From a plasmid: DNA of 64,000 nt. Within the stretch, counting starts at the first letter, position 1. The number at the start of each line of letters is the position of its first letter. The position numbers and the translations under genes were made by a program. This document shows, one piece after another, positions 1 to 10,342 of this stretch. Below the pieces are notes generated by a model. It did no database searches. It saw only the letters and a list, made by a program, of their open reading frames with translations, and was not told the DNA's origin. The stretch lies in the sequence record NZ_CP035506.1; one strand, given 5' to 3'.

Positions 1-802
1 GCCACGATCCGAACCACATCGCCCGCGGCGCCGGGCAGGCCGATCTTCACCCCCGCGACCGCCACCAGGATGCCGAGCACGAGGGCCGGAATGCTTACCG
101 ACTGGAACCGGTCCGACAGCGCCGGATAGGCGAAAAGGATCATCCCCGTTATGTAGAAGGGCCAGTAATACATGGTCGTGGGGCCGATCCATGCGAGAGG
201 CGTTGCTTCGAGCAGCGGGTCGAGGGCGACCTGATAGCCGACCCGGAGGGTCAGGCTGGCGGCCGCGATGGCAAGGGCGAGCAGCAGGATGACCGCCGTC
301 GGCGGCAGCGATGCGAGCCGCGCGGCGATCCGTCCCCCCGGCTTCGAAAGACGCTGGCCAAGGGCGATGAGCGTGGGAGCCGTCGCCACGAAGAAGAAGA
401 GGGTGAGCAGGAACCACAGATGCAGGTGCCAGACGCCCGGCCCCTTCAGGCGCGCGCTTTCCGGGTTCAGGATGGCGGACAGCGGGACCGGGCCATTGTG
501 ATAGGTGGCCACGAGCCAGTTGGTGATCGGATTCAGCAAAACGAGGCCCGTTGCCAGAGGAACCAGAAGAGCAACCGACCGCCGCCGCAGGAAATCCCCC
601 GCAGCATATCGCTGCAGCATCATTGCGGCGAAAAATCCTGAAACCAGGAAGAAAAGGCTCATCCGGAAATATCCCGATGTCACCGCGATCCAGCGCAGCC
701 CTTCGGGCCGGTCGAGCGTCGTGACATGGACGAGAATGCCGTAGAGCATCGCGAAGGCACGCAAAGCGTCGAGGTAGTAGAGCCGGCCGGGGGAAGAGCT
801 CA
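1..802 (-). CDS. Acyltransferase family 3 (OpgC/OafA-like) membrane O-acyltransferase. Its C-terminus is cut off by the window edge.
   Basis: Reverse-complement translation from the ATG at 800-802 gives MSSSPGRLYYLDALRAFAMLYGILVHV..., a polytopic membrane protein. The RBS is caGGAGGtcacATG. This ORF is not in the supplied track because it runs off the window. Confidence 0.55.
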
Positions 803-913
803 TGTGACCTCCTGAGGAAATGCGGCGGCCGAAAATGGTTAATAATTTTCAACCACAGGTAGAATTCACTAAATCTCTAATAAGGTAAAGCGTAATCCCG
901 CCCGCCCCCCGGT

Positions 914-2347
914 TCAAGCGGGATTTTGCCTGCGCCCCCTTTGCAGCTGCCATCGGCCGAGGAGCCAGCCCCGGAGGCTGACCATCCCCAGAAGGGAGGC
1001 CGCCACCAGGGCGACGAGCGGGATCTGCACCCAGTTGAAGTTGCCGAATACCACGGGCACCGGCGGCAGCAGCCAGGTGTCGAGCGCCAGCGCCCCGAGG
1101 GCCAGCGCCCACCACAGGAACGGCCCCGTCAGCTTGCGAAGCGGCACCCGCAGCCAGCTGCGCAGGATCCACAGGGAAAGCGCCAGCCCCATCAGTTCGC
1201 CGATCACCGCCGTGACCACCACGAAGACGAGCCCGTAGCCATGGTCGAGCGCATACCACACGAAGGGAAACATCAGCACCCTCGGCAGGTTGCCGAGGAA
1301 CATGTTCTTGGTCTCGCCCCGCGCCAATGCGACGACGGAAACGCCGGTCTTGGCCAGCCGGATGCCCTGAACCAGCGCCAGCCAGACGAGGATGTCCAGC
1401 GCCTCGGCATATTTCGTCCCGAACAGCAGCAGCACCAGATCGTTGCCGAAGAGCGAGAAGCCGAGCACGACCAGCACACCCATCGCCATGCCGAGCTCGG
1501 TCGTGACATGGGCGAGGCGGATGAAGGCCTGTTCCTGATCCTGCACCGCGGAAAGCCGGGGCAGAAGCAGGCGCTGCACGCTCTGCATCAGGACGTTGCT
1601 GGCCGTCAGCGTCAGCATGAAGACGACGGAGAACTGGCCGAGCGCCTCGATGCCGAGCTGGTTGGCGATGATGACCCTGTCGCCCTGGAACACGATGAAC
1701 AGCATCATCGCGGCAAGGAACAGCGGCCAGCCGAAGGACATGGCCCGCCGGAAAATGCCCCAGTCCCAGGCCAGCCGGTAGGGACGGGTCGCCGTCGCAT
1801 GGGAGATGACGCAGCGCAGCACCTGCTGGAACACCAGCGTCCAGAGGGCCATCCGATAATCCCCGAACAGATAGTACATCGGGAAGATGGCCAGCAGCGC
1901 CCCCAGTTCCGACCCAAGCATCACCCAGATGACGGGGCCGAAGCGGTAGGAGCGCTCCGCGCGCGCCATGTCGAGATGCCAGAACCCCTGGATCAGCGGC
2001 ATGACCGCCATCACCTGAAAGCCCCAGCCGACCTCGGGCACGCCCATCAGATCGGCAAGCGGCTGCGCGGTGAGGAACAGCAGCAGCGCCAGCAGGATAC
2101 CGCGGACCACCTGAACGGCCTGGAGGACCGCCTGCATCCGGGGCGTGTCGCCGTTCTTGTCCTGCACGAGCAGCCGGTCGAGACCGAGATAGCCGATCAT
2201 CTCGATCAGCGCGAAGATCACCGCAAAGGTATTCGCCGTCCCGTAATCCGAGACGGTCAGCATCCGCGCAAGGGCGATGTTACGCAGGAACTTGAGCACG
2301 GCGATGCCCATGTTGCTGCCCAGAACGGCAATGGCGGAGCGGATCAT
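914..2347 (-). CDS. Polysaccharide flippase, Wzx/PST (MOP superfamily).
   Basis: 477 aa with about 12-14 predicted TM helices and the typical Wzx organisation. It sits in the EPS gene context and is translationally coupled to the downstream pyruvyl transferase. Confidence 0.65.
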   Translation of the reverse strand: MIRSAIAVLGSNMGIAVLKFLRNIALARMLTVSDYGTANTFAVIFALIEMIGYLGLDRLLVQDKNGDTPRMQAVLQAVQVVRGILLALLLFLTAQPLADLMGVPEVGWGFQVMAVMPLIQGFWHLDMARAERSYRFGPVIWVMLGSELGALLAIFPMYYLFGDYRMALWTLVFQQVLRCVISHATATRPYRLAWDWGIFRRAMSFGWPLFLAAMMLFIVFQGDRVIIANQLGIEALGQFSVVFMLTLTASNVLMQSVQRLLLPRLSAVQDQEQAFIRLAHVTTELGMAMGVLVVLGFSLFGNDLVLLLFGTKYAEALDILVWLALVQGIRLAKTGVSVVALARGETKNMFLGNLPRVLMFPFVWYALDHGYGLVFVVVTAVIGELMGLALSLWILRSWLRVPLRKLTGPFLWWALALGALALDTWLLPPVPVVFGNFNWVQIPLVALVAASLLGMVSLRGWLLGRWQLQRGRRQNPA

Positions 2348-3522
2348 CGACGTTTGGCGCTCGCCTCGGTGAGCAGGTCGCGCAGCGTCGCCTCATAGAC
2401 CTTGAGGCGGGCATCGGCATTGCCGAAGGCCGCGGCCACTTCGCCGGCAAGCGCCTCGCGGCCCTCATATCCCTCGCGGATCCGGGCCAGCACGGTTTCG
2501 TTGTCGAGCGCCTTGAGATCGACCGTCCGGTCGTAGCCCAGCGTGCCGAACAGGCCCGCGAACTTCCGGCTGTAGGCCATGGGGATCACCGGCACGCCGC
2601 TGGAGAAGGCGGCGATGGTGGCATGCATCCGGGCGCCCATGAAGAAATCGAGCCCGGAGATGTAGCTTTTCGCCTCCGAGGGGCTGCGGAATTCCGGGGC
2701 CAGGATGAGCTCTGGAAATTCGGCGGCGATTTCCCGGTTCGTATGGGCGTCATCCTCGGCCGAGCGGTCTCCCGGCAGGACATGGGCCACGAGATGCAAC
2801 TCCACCTCCGGCCGGGCCTGGAAATCGGTGATGATGCTGCGGATGAGCGCGGGATAGTCCACCGTCAGGCCGAACATGTTCTTGCCCGTGTAGCCGCCGC
2901 GCATGAGCAGGCCGGAGACGTTCAACCCGACCTTCACCTTGCCGCCCGGCGCCCGTTCGGGCCGGGTATAGGGCAGGCGCATGGCGACGTCGGTTGCCTC
3001 GCCGATCGTGCCCTTGAACCCCGCCTCGCGCAGGAAGTCGGTCGAGAGCTTGTCGCGGGTGAAGACTGCGCGCGACTGGCGGACCGAGGCCATGGCGAAG
3101 TCGCGCGTGCGCCCCGGTTCGAACGGGCCCATGGTCTGCGGGCTGAGCACGAGGGGCTTGCGCGCCGCATGGATGACGAATTTGGAGGTCAGCATCCGCC
3201 GGATCCGGCCGGGGCCGTAGATGTCGGCGAAGCTGTCGCCCGCCCCGATATCGAGGATGAAGTCGCATTTCATCACGCGTGCGAGCAGGCGGTCCGGCCG
3301 CACGAGATCCACGGTCCGCATCCCGAAGAGCTCGACATTGTCGCCTTGGATGTAATGCGGGAAATTGTCCTTCGCGGTCATGATGATGTAGCGGACCGAC
3401 AGGCCGAGGTCGCGGGCCAGGCTGTCGACGATATGCATCTGCGAGACGGTCAGTGCGCCGACGCCGAGGTTCGGGGAGTTGGACGAATGCCAAATCAGTC
3501 CAACCGTAATGTTCTTCTTCAC
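2344..3522 (-). CDS. Polysaccharide pyruvyl transferase (CsaB/WcaK family).
   Basis: 392 aa. The N-terminus carries ...NLGVGAL..., matching the N-x-G-D/A motif of PS_pyruv_trans, and the C-terminal half looks like a GT-B fold. It lies next to a flippase. Confidence 0.55.
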   Translation of the reverse strand: MKKNITVGLIWHSSNSPNLGVGALTVSQMHIVDSLARDLGLSVRYIIMTAKDNFPHYIQGDNVELFGMRTVDLVRPDRLLARVMKCDFILDIGAGDSFADIYGPGRIRRMLTSKFVIHAARKPLVLSPQTMGPFEPGRTRDFAMASVRQSRAVFTRDKLSTDFLREAGFKGTIGEATDVAMRLPYTRPERAPGGKVKVGLNVSGLLMRGGYTGKNMFGLTVDYPALIRSIITDFQARPEVELHLVAHVLPGDRSAEDDAHTNREIAAEFPELILAPEFRSPSEAKSYISGLDFFMGARMHATIAAFSSGVPVIPMAYSRKFAGLFGTLGYDRTVDLKALDNETVLARIREGYEGREALAGEVAAAFGNADARLKVYEATLRDLLTEASAKRR

Positions 3523-3589
3523 TGTTGTCCTTTCCGCGCCGGGGGGAACGCAGCCTTGTTTTTATGGGGTATGGGGGAAGAGGGACCGG

Positions 3590-4645
3590 TTATTTCAGGG
3601 CACGTGGTTCCCGGCGGACACTTGCCGGGGTGCTGGCAGCCGCCCCGAGGGCGTCCGGCTGCGGTTTCGGCTGTGGAGGCGGGGCCGAACGGCGCAGGTC
3701 GAGCGCAGGTTTCTCGACGAACTTCCATGACAGGACGGCGCAGACCAGCGTGATCGGCAGAGCGATGGCGATGTTGACGAAGGGATCCCGGACCCCCCAG
3801 TGCGCCACCACCTGCTGGATGGGAAAGGCATAGATATATGTGCCGTAGGAATAGTCCCCGAGCAGGTTGTACTCCCGCAGCCGCCCGAGATTCAGGTGGC
3901 CGATATAGAAGGTGCAGTAGACGAGCGCCGGAATGAAGACGACGTTGAACCAGGGGGTGAACCGGGCCAGCACGGAAAGCAGGATAGCCGCCACGCAGAT
4001 CAGCCAGTGCAGCCGCATGAGCCGCGGGTGATACCATTCGGGCGGCGGAAAGGCGTGTATCAGGAAAAGTCCCGTGACCAGCAGGAGCAGAAAGTCGCGC
4101 CGCAAAAGCCCCACGATGCCAAGGGCGAGAACGCCCATGTAGCACAGGAATTCGTAAAACAGCGTCCAGAGGGAGCCGTTGACCGCCGGTCCGAAGGGAT
4201 TGTCCTCGAACACGCCGGGCAGCGGCTGCATCGGCAGGGCGAGGCTCAGGGTGCGCAGCACGTATTTCACCGCCGCGGGCCAGTACTGCGACGCGGGAGC
4301 GGTGGTGAGCGCGACCCCGGCGACAATCACGGTCAAGACCGCCACCACCGCGAGAGCCGGGAACAGCCGCAGAAGCCGGGCCTGAATGAACACCATCCGG
4401 TCGCCCCGGCTGTTCTGAAAGCTCGCCGTGATGAAATAGCCCGACAGGCCGAAGAAGATCGCCACGGCTATGGAGCCGAGCGATATCGTCCCCAGAACAT
4501 GTTCCAGCGGCGCCGCGGCCTGCGGCCCGAGGCTCAGCGGCCAGGCATGCGAGACGAGGACAGCCGTGGCCGCGATCATGCGGATCAGGTTGAAGTTGTT
4601 GTTCCGACCCCTCAGGGCCCCGTCGGCGAGAGTGATGTGCTGCAT
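3590..4645 (-). CDS. Acyltransferase family 3 (O-acetyltransferase, OafA/YrhL-like).
   Basis: Multi-TM protein: MQHITLADGALRGRNNNFNLIRMIAATAVLVSHAW... The probable start is the ATG at 4645 with gggag upstream. The track ORF extends further, to 4735. Confidence 0.65.
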   Translation of the reverse strand: MQHITLADGALRGRNNNFNLIRMIAATAVLVSHAWPLSLGPQAAAPLEHVLGTISLGSIAVAIFFGLSGYFITASFQNSRGDRMVFIQARLLRLFPALAVVAVLTVIVAGVALTTAPASQYWPAAVKYVLRTLSLALPMQPLPGVFEDNPFGPAVNGSLWTLFYEFLCYMGVLALGIVGLLRRDFLLLLVTGLFLIHAFPPPEWYHPRLMRLHWLICVAAILLSVLARFTPWFNVVFIPALVYCTFYIGHLNLGRLREYNLLGDYSYGTYIYAFPIQQVVAHWGVRDPFVNIAIALPITLVCAVLSWKFVEKPALDLRRSAPPPQPKPQPDALGAAASTPASVRREPRALK

Positions 4646-4989
4646 GCTCCCAATGCTCCCGGCTTGGCCCCGAGGGGCGGGCCGCGCTTTCGCGATGCCT
4701 TGAGAGCAGGAGTATCCACGCATCTTGCCGGACACTCAATCCGCAATCACCTTTTCCGCCGCATTGCAGCATCACAATCTTTGCGCAGATAGCAAACGGT
4801 GCAGTGCCGGGCCGGGAGGGCATGCGGGAGTGACCTGCGGGTTGCGGGTAAAGAGGGCGGGTTAATATTCTTTGAGTTGTGCCGTCCAACCGCTCTCAAC
4901 CCTGTTGCATATTCAGAAAGGTGTACTAAGAATAGCAATAATCGCTATAGTTGCAAAACACTCTCTTAAAGCTATCGGAGATTGCACTG

Positions 4990-5514
4990 ATGACCGATAT
5001 TACCCCCAGTATCCTCGATGTGCCCTCCCAACCTGCCAAGGTGCGGCGGCGCGGCCTGAACAAGCTTTCCGGCCTGCGCAATGTTCTCGTGGGCCTGCGT
5101 CGCGCCTGGCTGGCGCGGATGTGGGGCATGGACCTTCACCCGACCGTGCAGATGTCGCTCTCCGCAAAGCTCGACCGGACTTTCCCGATCGGCGTCCATG
5201 TCGGGGAATATTCCTATCTCGCCTTCGAAAGCCGTATCCTGACCCATGACCGGACACGGGGGCTTTACCTGCATACCCGCATCGGGCGGAACTGCTTCAT
5301 CGGCGGGCGGAGCATGATCATGCCGGGGGTGGAGATCGGCGACAACTGCGTGGTGGGCGCCGGATCGGTGGTGACGAAATCGATCCCCGCCAATTCCGTC
5401 GTGGCCGGCAACCCGGCCCGCATTCTCCATTCCAACATCGACGTCGGTCCCTATGGCCGCTTCAGCACGGCGGATGCGATGGAAGATGCGCTTGCCCGGA
5501 GCGGCCAGGCCTGA
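4990..5514 (+). CDS. Hexapeptide-repeat (LbH) acetyltransferase, WcaF/NodL-like.
   Basis: The C-terminus carries hexapeptide repeats [30 protein letters not shown]. Start taken at the ATG at 4990, which has GGAG 11 nt upstream. Confidence 0.7.
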   Translation: MTDITPSILDVPSQPAKVRRRGLNKLSGLRNVLVGLRRAWLARMWGMDLHPTVQMSLSAKLDRTFPIGVHVGEYSYLAFESRILTHDRTRGLYLHTRIGRNCFIGGRSMIMPGVEIGDNCVVGAGSVVTKSIPANSVVAGNPARILHSNIDVGPYGRFSTADAMEDALARSGQA

Positions 5515-5716
5515 TGGGCCAAGCCTGATGGTGAGCAGTCCGGGCCATGGGAAAAGCCTGAACACGCCTGCTGCTGGTCACGCTCTTCGCCCCGGCCTGG
5601 CCCATCTGGGGCAAGGTGCTGGTCGCCGCGGGCTTTGCCGCGGCGGGCACATGGCGCTTCCTCCGGCTGCTCCCCTGGAGGGGCGGGGGGCCCCGGGGGC
5701 TCCCGCCGCCGCGTGA

Positions 5717-6742
5717 TCAGTAGCCGCGCAACCAGTCTCCGCGGCTTTGCCACATCTCGTCCCACATGCTCTTGCGGCTCCGGGATTTCTCGCTGGGGCG
5801 GAGCTTGTTCATGACCGTGGCCGCCAGAAGCCGCTGCGCGGTCGAGAACCAGAAAAGCCCCAGACCAAGCGGAACCTGCCAGCGGGGCCAGTGATCCCGC
5901 ATCAGCGTGACCCGCGCCTTGGTAAGCGGGATGCGCTTCCGCGCGAGGCTGTTGGACGCCGCGCCGACGATATGCATGATCTCCGAATCCGGCGTGACCA
6001 TCGGCTGGTAGCCCATCGCCCGCGCCCGGGCGCAGAGATCGGCCTCCTCGCCATACATGAAATAACGCAGGTCGAAGCCGCCGAGCTTGTTCCAGAGTTC
6101 GCGCCGAATCATCAGCAGGCAGCCGACGACGATGTCCACCTCGCGCACGCTGTCGCGTTTCCAGTCTGGCATGGCCTCGGGATTGAACAGGCTGGATTTC
6201 GGGAAGGCGGCGGTCAGCCCGACCGAGGCGCAGAACAGCGACCAGAGCGTCATGCGCCGCCAGCAGGAGGCGATGTTGAGCCGCCCGTCGGGGAAGACGG
6301 TGCGCCCGCCGGTGATCCCGGCTTCGGGATGCGCGCGGGAGAAATCCATCAGGTTGTCGATCGCCCCCGGATGGCATTCCGTGTCGGGGTTCAGCAGCAG
6401 CAGCCATTCGGTGCCGGCATCAGCCGCCACCACGTTGTTCGCGCGTGCGAAGCCCAGGTTGTCGGTCGACGCGATCAGCTCGACCTGCGGGAATTCGGCC
6501 GCGATCGCCTCGACCGACCCGTCCTTCGAATCGTTGTCGTAGACCACCGTGTGGAAGCGGGTCCGTTTCGTCGTCTCGTAGAGCGTGCGGAGGGCGGCCA
6601 GCGTCAGGTCACGGGTATTGTAGCTGACCATGATGACGGTGAGTTCGGCAGGCAGCGTCCCCGTATCCGGTCCCTCGCCCGCGTTGGACGGCGTGGCGGA
6701 TGTCGCGTTGGAGGCCGCGGGGGTCTGGGTCAGCTGGTTCAA
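5717..6742 (-). CDS. Glycosyltransferase family 2.
   Basis: Contains the core ...LTVIMVSYNTRDLT...YDNDSKDGS...DAD/ED motifs. The track ORF runs to 7057, but that N-terminal 100 aa is low-complexity P/R-rich and overlaps the upstream gene. The best start is the TTG at 6742, with aaggaaaagg 4 nt upstream; the ATG at 6631 is an alternative. Confidence 0.6.
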   Translation of the reverse strand: MNQLTQTPAASNATSATPSNAGEGPDTGTLPAELTVIMVSYNTRDLTLAALRTLYETTKRTRFHTVVYDNDSKDGSVEAIAAEFPQVELIASTDNLGFARANNVVAADAGTEWLLLLNPDTECHPGAIDNLMDFSRAHPEAGITGGRTVFPDGRLNIASCWRRMTLWSLFCASVGLTAAFPKSSLFNPEAMPDWKRDSVREVDIVVGCLLMIRRELWNKLGGFDLRYFMYGEEADLCARARAMGYQPMVTPDSEIMHIVGAASNSLARKRIPLTKARVTLMRDHWPRWQVPLGLGLFWFSTAQRLLAATVMNKLRPSEKSRSRKSMWDEMWQSRGDWLRGY

Positions 6743-6918
6743 CCTGCCTTTTCCTTCTTTCGGAACAGCGACCGGAAGCCGGACCTGTCGCCAGAGATCG
6801 CGCTGCGATGCAGCATCACGAATTCCGGGAGGGATTTCAAGGCCGTCCCGGCGGTGGTCCCGCACATCCTGCCGGAGCGGGCGGGCAAAGGGCAAGTCTC
6901 CGCGTGGCGGAGGGAATG

Positions 6919-8184
6919 TCAGGACGCCCGCTTGCCACGCCCCTTGAGTGTGCGGCGCAGCGTGCCGAGGAAGTTCTTCAGGTTGCGCGAGGCCGGGTTC
7001 TGCCGGGCGGCCTGCCACAGCAGCAGGCCGCGGTAATCGGGAACCGGGCGCAGGCACAGGCGCAGCGCCGCCAGCCGGGCAAGGAGCGCGCGCCGGCGTT
7101 CGCGCTGCCCGGGCTGGATCCCGGCGAGCGTGCTCACGTCGAAGGGCCCCGCCTCGACATGGCCGCTTTTCACCGCCGCCTCGACGATTTCGCGTCCGAA
7201 GGCATTGCGCGCCACGATCAGGCTGGTGCCCGAGCCTTCGGTGAACAGCGGATAGCCGCGCTCGTCGCTTTCCCAGGCATCGGCGCAGACGATGTCGGCG
7301 GCGATCCCGGTGCCGTCGGCGCAGATCTTGCAGCGGTGCTGAACATGCTTGGAAAGCACCTTCCCCCAGCTGTCATGGTAGCTCATCTTGCGTTCGGTTC
7401 CGTCGCGCAGCACCGCCGTCGCAAAGCCCGGCCAGCCGTTGCCGCGGTAGCGGAAACCCACGACCTCCGCGGGGTCGGCATCGAGCGCCTTCAGCACCGC
7501 CCGCCCGCCCGTCTGCGAGGGCACGCCCGCGCAGAAGAAGGACAGGATCACCGGAAAGCTCGCGCGGACGCGGGGATCGGCCTCCTGCCAGGCGCGCATC
7601 GCCACCGCGTCGCAGGGCTTGCCCACGAAGGCGTAGCGCTTGCCGTTCTCCAGGAACCGGTTCAGCCCGGCGAGCGGCGCGGAGGGCGCGTAGCGCGACC
7701 CGGCCGCCGCCTGCACCTCGGCCTCGGTGACGGAGATGGTGGCGATATTGCCGATCGGCTGTTCCGGATCGGCCGTGGTCTGCACCACCGCGTCGATCTG
7801 GCCCGTCTCCAGCAGATGCACGAGCACCGCCGAAAGCACTCCGCCCGAGGAGCCGGAGAAGCGCAGCGCCTCGTCCCGGGCATGACCGATCCGCATGGTG
7901 TCATAGGGGCCCCAGAGCGGATCATCGATGCGGCCTGCCGCCTCCACCCGTTCGCCAAGGCCGGGGCAGACGCGCGCGATCATCGCATCCTGTCCCGCAC
8001 TGACCGGCCCCTGCTGAACCGGGCGCAGCCAGCCGGGGGGGGTCATGCGCATGGTGACGGAGCCGGGCGCGATCGCGGCGCAGGCGCCGCAGCCGGCACA
8101 GAGATCGCCCTTGCGGACGCGGGCAAGGCTCGCGGCTTCCGCGAATGCGGCGGGCGGGGGGGCGCCCACAGGGTCCATCTTCAT
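6919..8184 (-). CDS. Coenzyme F420 hydrogenase/dehydrogenase beta-subunit-like (FrhB family) Fe-S/flavo-protein.
   Basis: The N-terminus has a 4Fe-4S ferredoxin motif CAGCGACAAIAP. The 420-aa FrhB-like architecture is the kind commonly found beside pyruvyl transferases in polysaccharide loci. Start chosen at MKMDPV, with gagga 9 nt upstream. Confidence 0.55.
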   Translation of the reverse strand: MKMDPVGAPPPAAFAEAASLARVRKGDLCAGCGACAAIAPGSVTMRMTPPGWLRPVQQGPVSAGQDAMIARVCPGLGERVEAAGRIDDPLWGPYDTMRIGHARDEALRFSGSSGGVLSAVLVHLLETGQIDAVVQTTADPEQPIGNIATISVTEAEVQAAAGSRYAPSAPLAGLNRFLENGKRYAFVGKPCDAVAMRAWQEADPRVRASFPVILSFFCAGVPSQTGGRAVLKALDADPAEVVGFRYRGNGWPGFATAVLRDGTERKMSYHDSWGKVLSKHVQHRCKICADGTGIAADIVCADAWESDERGYPLFTEGSGTSLIVARNAFGREIVEAAVKSGHVEAGPFDVSTLAGIQPGQRERRRALLARLAALRLCLRPVPDYRGLLLWQAARQNPASRNLKNFLGTLRRTLKGRGKRAS

Positions 8185-8551
8185 GATCCGCATTCCTCAG
8201 CCATGGTGCTGCTACGTCTTGCTTAATACGTGAATCGCCTCAGGGGAAGTCCGTGAGACAGTTTCGTGCTGCATTGCGGCATTACGATCCGGGATCTGTC
8301 TATTCCATGAGCATGTTTCCGCAAAACAGGCAGGCTCGAACGGGAACTGCGATGGCGCGTCCTGTCGAGCATGATAAGGCAGGCAGGACTGCCGTTTCTA
8401 CAATCAGGACGGGATTCATAATACGGTAGGGTTTCGGCAGCAGACTGGCGGCCTGACGGACATCCGGTCCGAAATCGCTCCGGAAATCGTTCCGGCGCGG
8501 CATGACATCCGGAGGCACGGTGACAGCAGACGGGATCAGCGGGACAGCAGA

Positions 8552-10342
8552 ATGAGCGACGGGACTACATCTCCTCAGGCCCCTTCGGGAAGCAACGCCT
8601 ATCGCGCAGCGCTCCGCAGATTGCGGGGCACCTTTCTGATGACGGGCTTCTTCAGCGCGGTGATCAACATCCTGATGCTGACGGGGCCGCTCTACATGCT
8701 TCAGGTCTATGACCGGGTGCTGGGTTCGGGATCGATCGCGACCCTGCAGGGGCTCTTCCTGATCGTGGTGATCCTCTACGCCTTCATGGGGCTTTACGAA
8801 TTCCTCCGTTCGCGGCTGCTCGGCCGGGCGGCGATCCGGCTCGATCAGGAGGTGGGACCGACCGCCTTCCGCGCCTGGCTCCGTTCGGGCGGGCAGCAGG
8901 CCACACGGAAACCGGGCGCATCGCCCCTGCCGCTGGCCGATCTGGGTACGGTTCGCGGGTTTCTCTCCTCACCCGCGATGGGGTCGATCTTCGATGTGCC
9001 GTGGATCCCGCTCTATCTCGGCCTGCTGTTTCTCATCCATCCCTGGCTCGGCTGGCTGACGCTGGCGGGGGCGGCCATCGTGGCGCTGGTGGCGGTGCTG
9101 GGCCGGCGCCTGACCCGCGCCCCGCAGGAGGCTTCTGCCGTGATAGAGGGGGAGGCGCGCGCTTTCTCCGAACAGGGCAGGCGCAATGCCGAGCTGATCG
9201 AGGCGATGGGCATGGAGCGCGGCGTGACGGAGCGCTGGCAGCAGGACCATGCCCGTGCGCTGGCGACGGGCCAGGGGGCGAGCAATGTGTCGGAGGTGAC
9301 GGGCGCCTTCTCCAAATCCTTCCGCATGCTGCTGCAGTCGGCCATGCTGACGGTGGGGGCGCTGCTTGTCCTGCGCCATGAGATGACGGCGGGGATGATC
9401 ATCGCCACCTCCATCCTCTCGGGGCGGGCGCTGGCGCCGGTGGACCAGATCATCGCCCAGTGGCGGATCATCGGGGCGGCGAGCCTTGCCCACAAGCGGC
9501 TCATCGCCTTCTTCGAAAAAGCTCCGCAGGAGCCGCGTCCCATCGGCCTTCCGCAGCCCACCGGCAAGGTGGTGGCGAACCGGCTGACATGCCTCGGCCC
9601 CGTGCCTGGAGCGGGGGGGGAGCGGCCGCGGATGCTGAACCAGGTCAGCTTCGCGCTGGAGCCGGGCGACGGGCTGGGCGTCATCGGCAATTCCGCGGCC
9701 GGCAAATCCACCCTCGCACGGCTGATCGTCGGTGCCTGGAAACCCGATGGCGGCGATATCCGCTTTGACGGTGCGACCCGCGACCAATGGGATCCGGAGG
9801 TTCTGGGACGCGCGGTCGGCTACCTGCCGCAGACGGTGGAACTGCTTCCCGGAACCATCCGCGACAACATCACCCGCTTTGACCCGGCGGCCCGGGACAA
9901 CGACATGATCGCGGCCGCCAGGCTGGCCGGTGTGCATGACATGATCCTCGCGCTGCCCGAAGGATATGGCACGAAGGTGGGCATCCCCGGCCAGCCGCTT
10001 TCCGGCGGCCAGGTACAGCGGCTCGGCCTCGCACGGGCGGTGTTCGGCGGGCCGCGGCTCATCGTTCTGGACGAGCCGAATTCCAACCTCGACGCGGCGG
10101 GAGAGGCGGCGCTTGCCCAGGCGATCCATGCCCTCCGCGCCGGCGGCGCCACGGTGATCCTGATGACCCATCGTACCAGCGCGCTGGCCGAGGTGAACAA
10201 GATCATGCTGCTGTCCGCCGGCAATGTCGTGAAGTTCGGTGACCGGGACGAGGTGCTGCGTGGCCTGTTGCTGCGCCCGGTTCCCGACACCGGGACTGGC
10301 GGTAACCAGATGCCCGGCATCACCGCGGGAGGCCAGCAATGA
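8552..10342 (+). CDS. prtD: Type I secretion system ABC transporter, PrtD/AprD type (an N-terminal TMD plus an NBD, with no C39 peptidase domain).
   Basis: The N-terminus shows 6 TM helices. Walker A is GNSAAGKST, the ABC signature is LSGGQVQRLGLARA, and Walker B is LIVLDEPNSNLD. The stop overlaps the start of the next gene (ATGA). Confidence 0.85.
   Translation: MSDGTTSPQAPSGSNAYRAALRRLRGTFLMTGFFSAVINILMLTGPLYMLQVYDRVLGSGSIATLQGLFLIVVILYAFMGLYEFLRSRLLGRAAIRLDQEVGPTAFRAWLRSGGQQATRKPGASPLPLADLGTVRGFLSSPAMGSIFDVPWIPLYLGLLFLIHPWLGWLTLAGAAIVALVAVLGRRLTRAPQEASAVIEGEARAFSEQGRRNAELIEAMGMERGVTERWQQDHARALATGQGASNVSEVTGAFSKSFRMLLQSAMLTVGALLVLRHEMTAGMIIATSILSGRALAPVDQIIAQWRIIGAASLAHKRLIAFFEKAPQEPRPIGLPQPTGKVVANRLTCLGPVPGAGGERPRMLNQVSFALEPGDGLGVIGNSAAGKSTLARLIVGAWKPDGGDIRFDGATRDQWDPEVLGRAVGYLPQTVELLPGTIRDNITRFDPAARDNDMIAAARLAGVHDMILALPEGYGTKVGIPGQPLSGGQVQRLGLARAVFGGPRLIVLDEPNSNLDAAGEAALAQAIHALRAGGATVILMTHRTSALAEVNKIMLLSAGNVVKFGDRDEVLRGLLLRPVPDTGTGGNQMPGITAGGQQ

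Noticed and set aside
926-3753. Plus-strand ORFs 926-2398 (490 aa) and 2623-3753 (376 aa).
   Set aside because: They are antisense to the flippase and pyruvyl transferase genes. Both are H/R/D/E-rich nonsense translations.
6743-7057. N-terminal 105-aa extension of the GT2 gene in the track ORF 5717-7057.
   Set aside because: It overlaps the upstream FrhB-like gene by 138 nt and is low-complexity P/R-rich. The true start is more likely the TTG at 6742 or the ATG at 6631.
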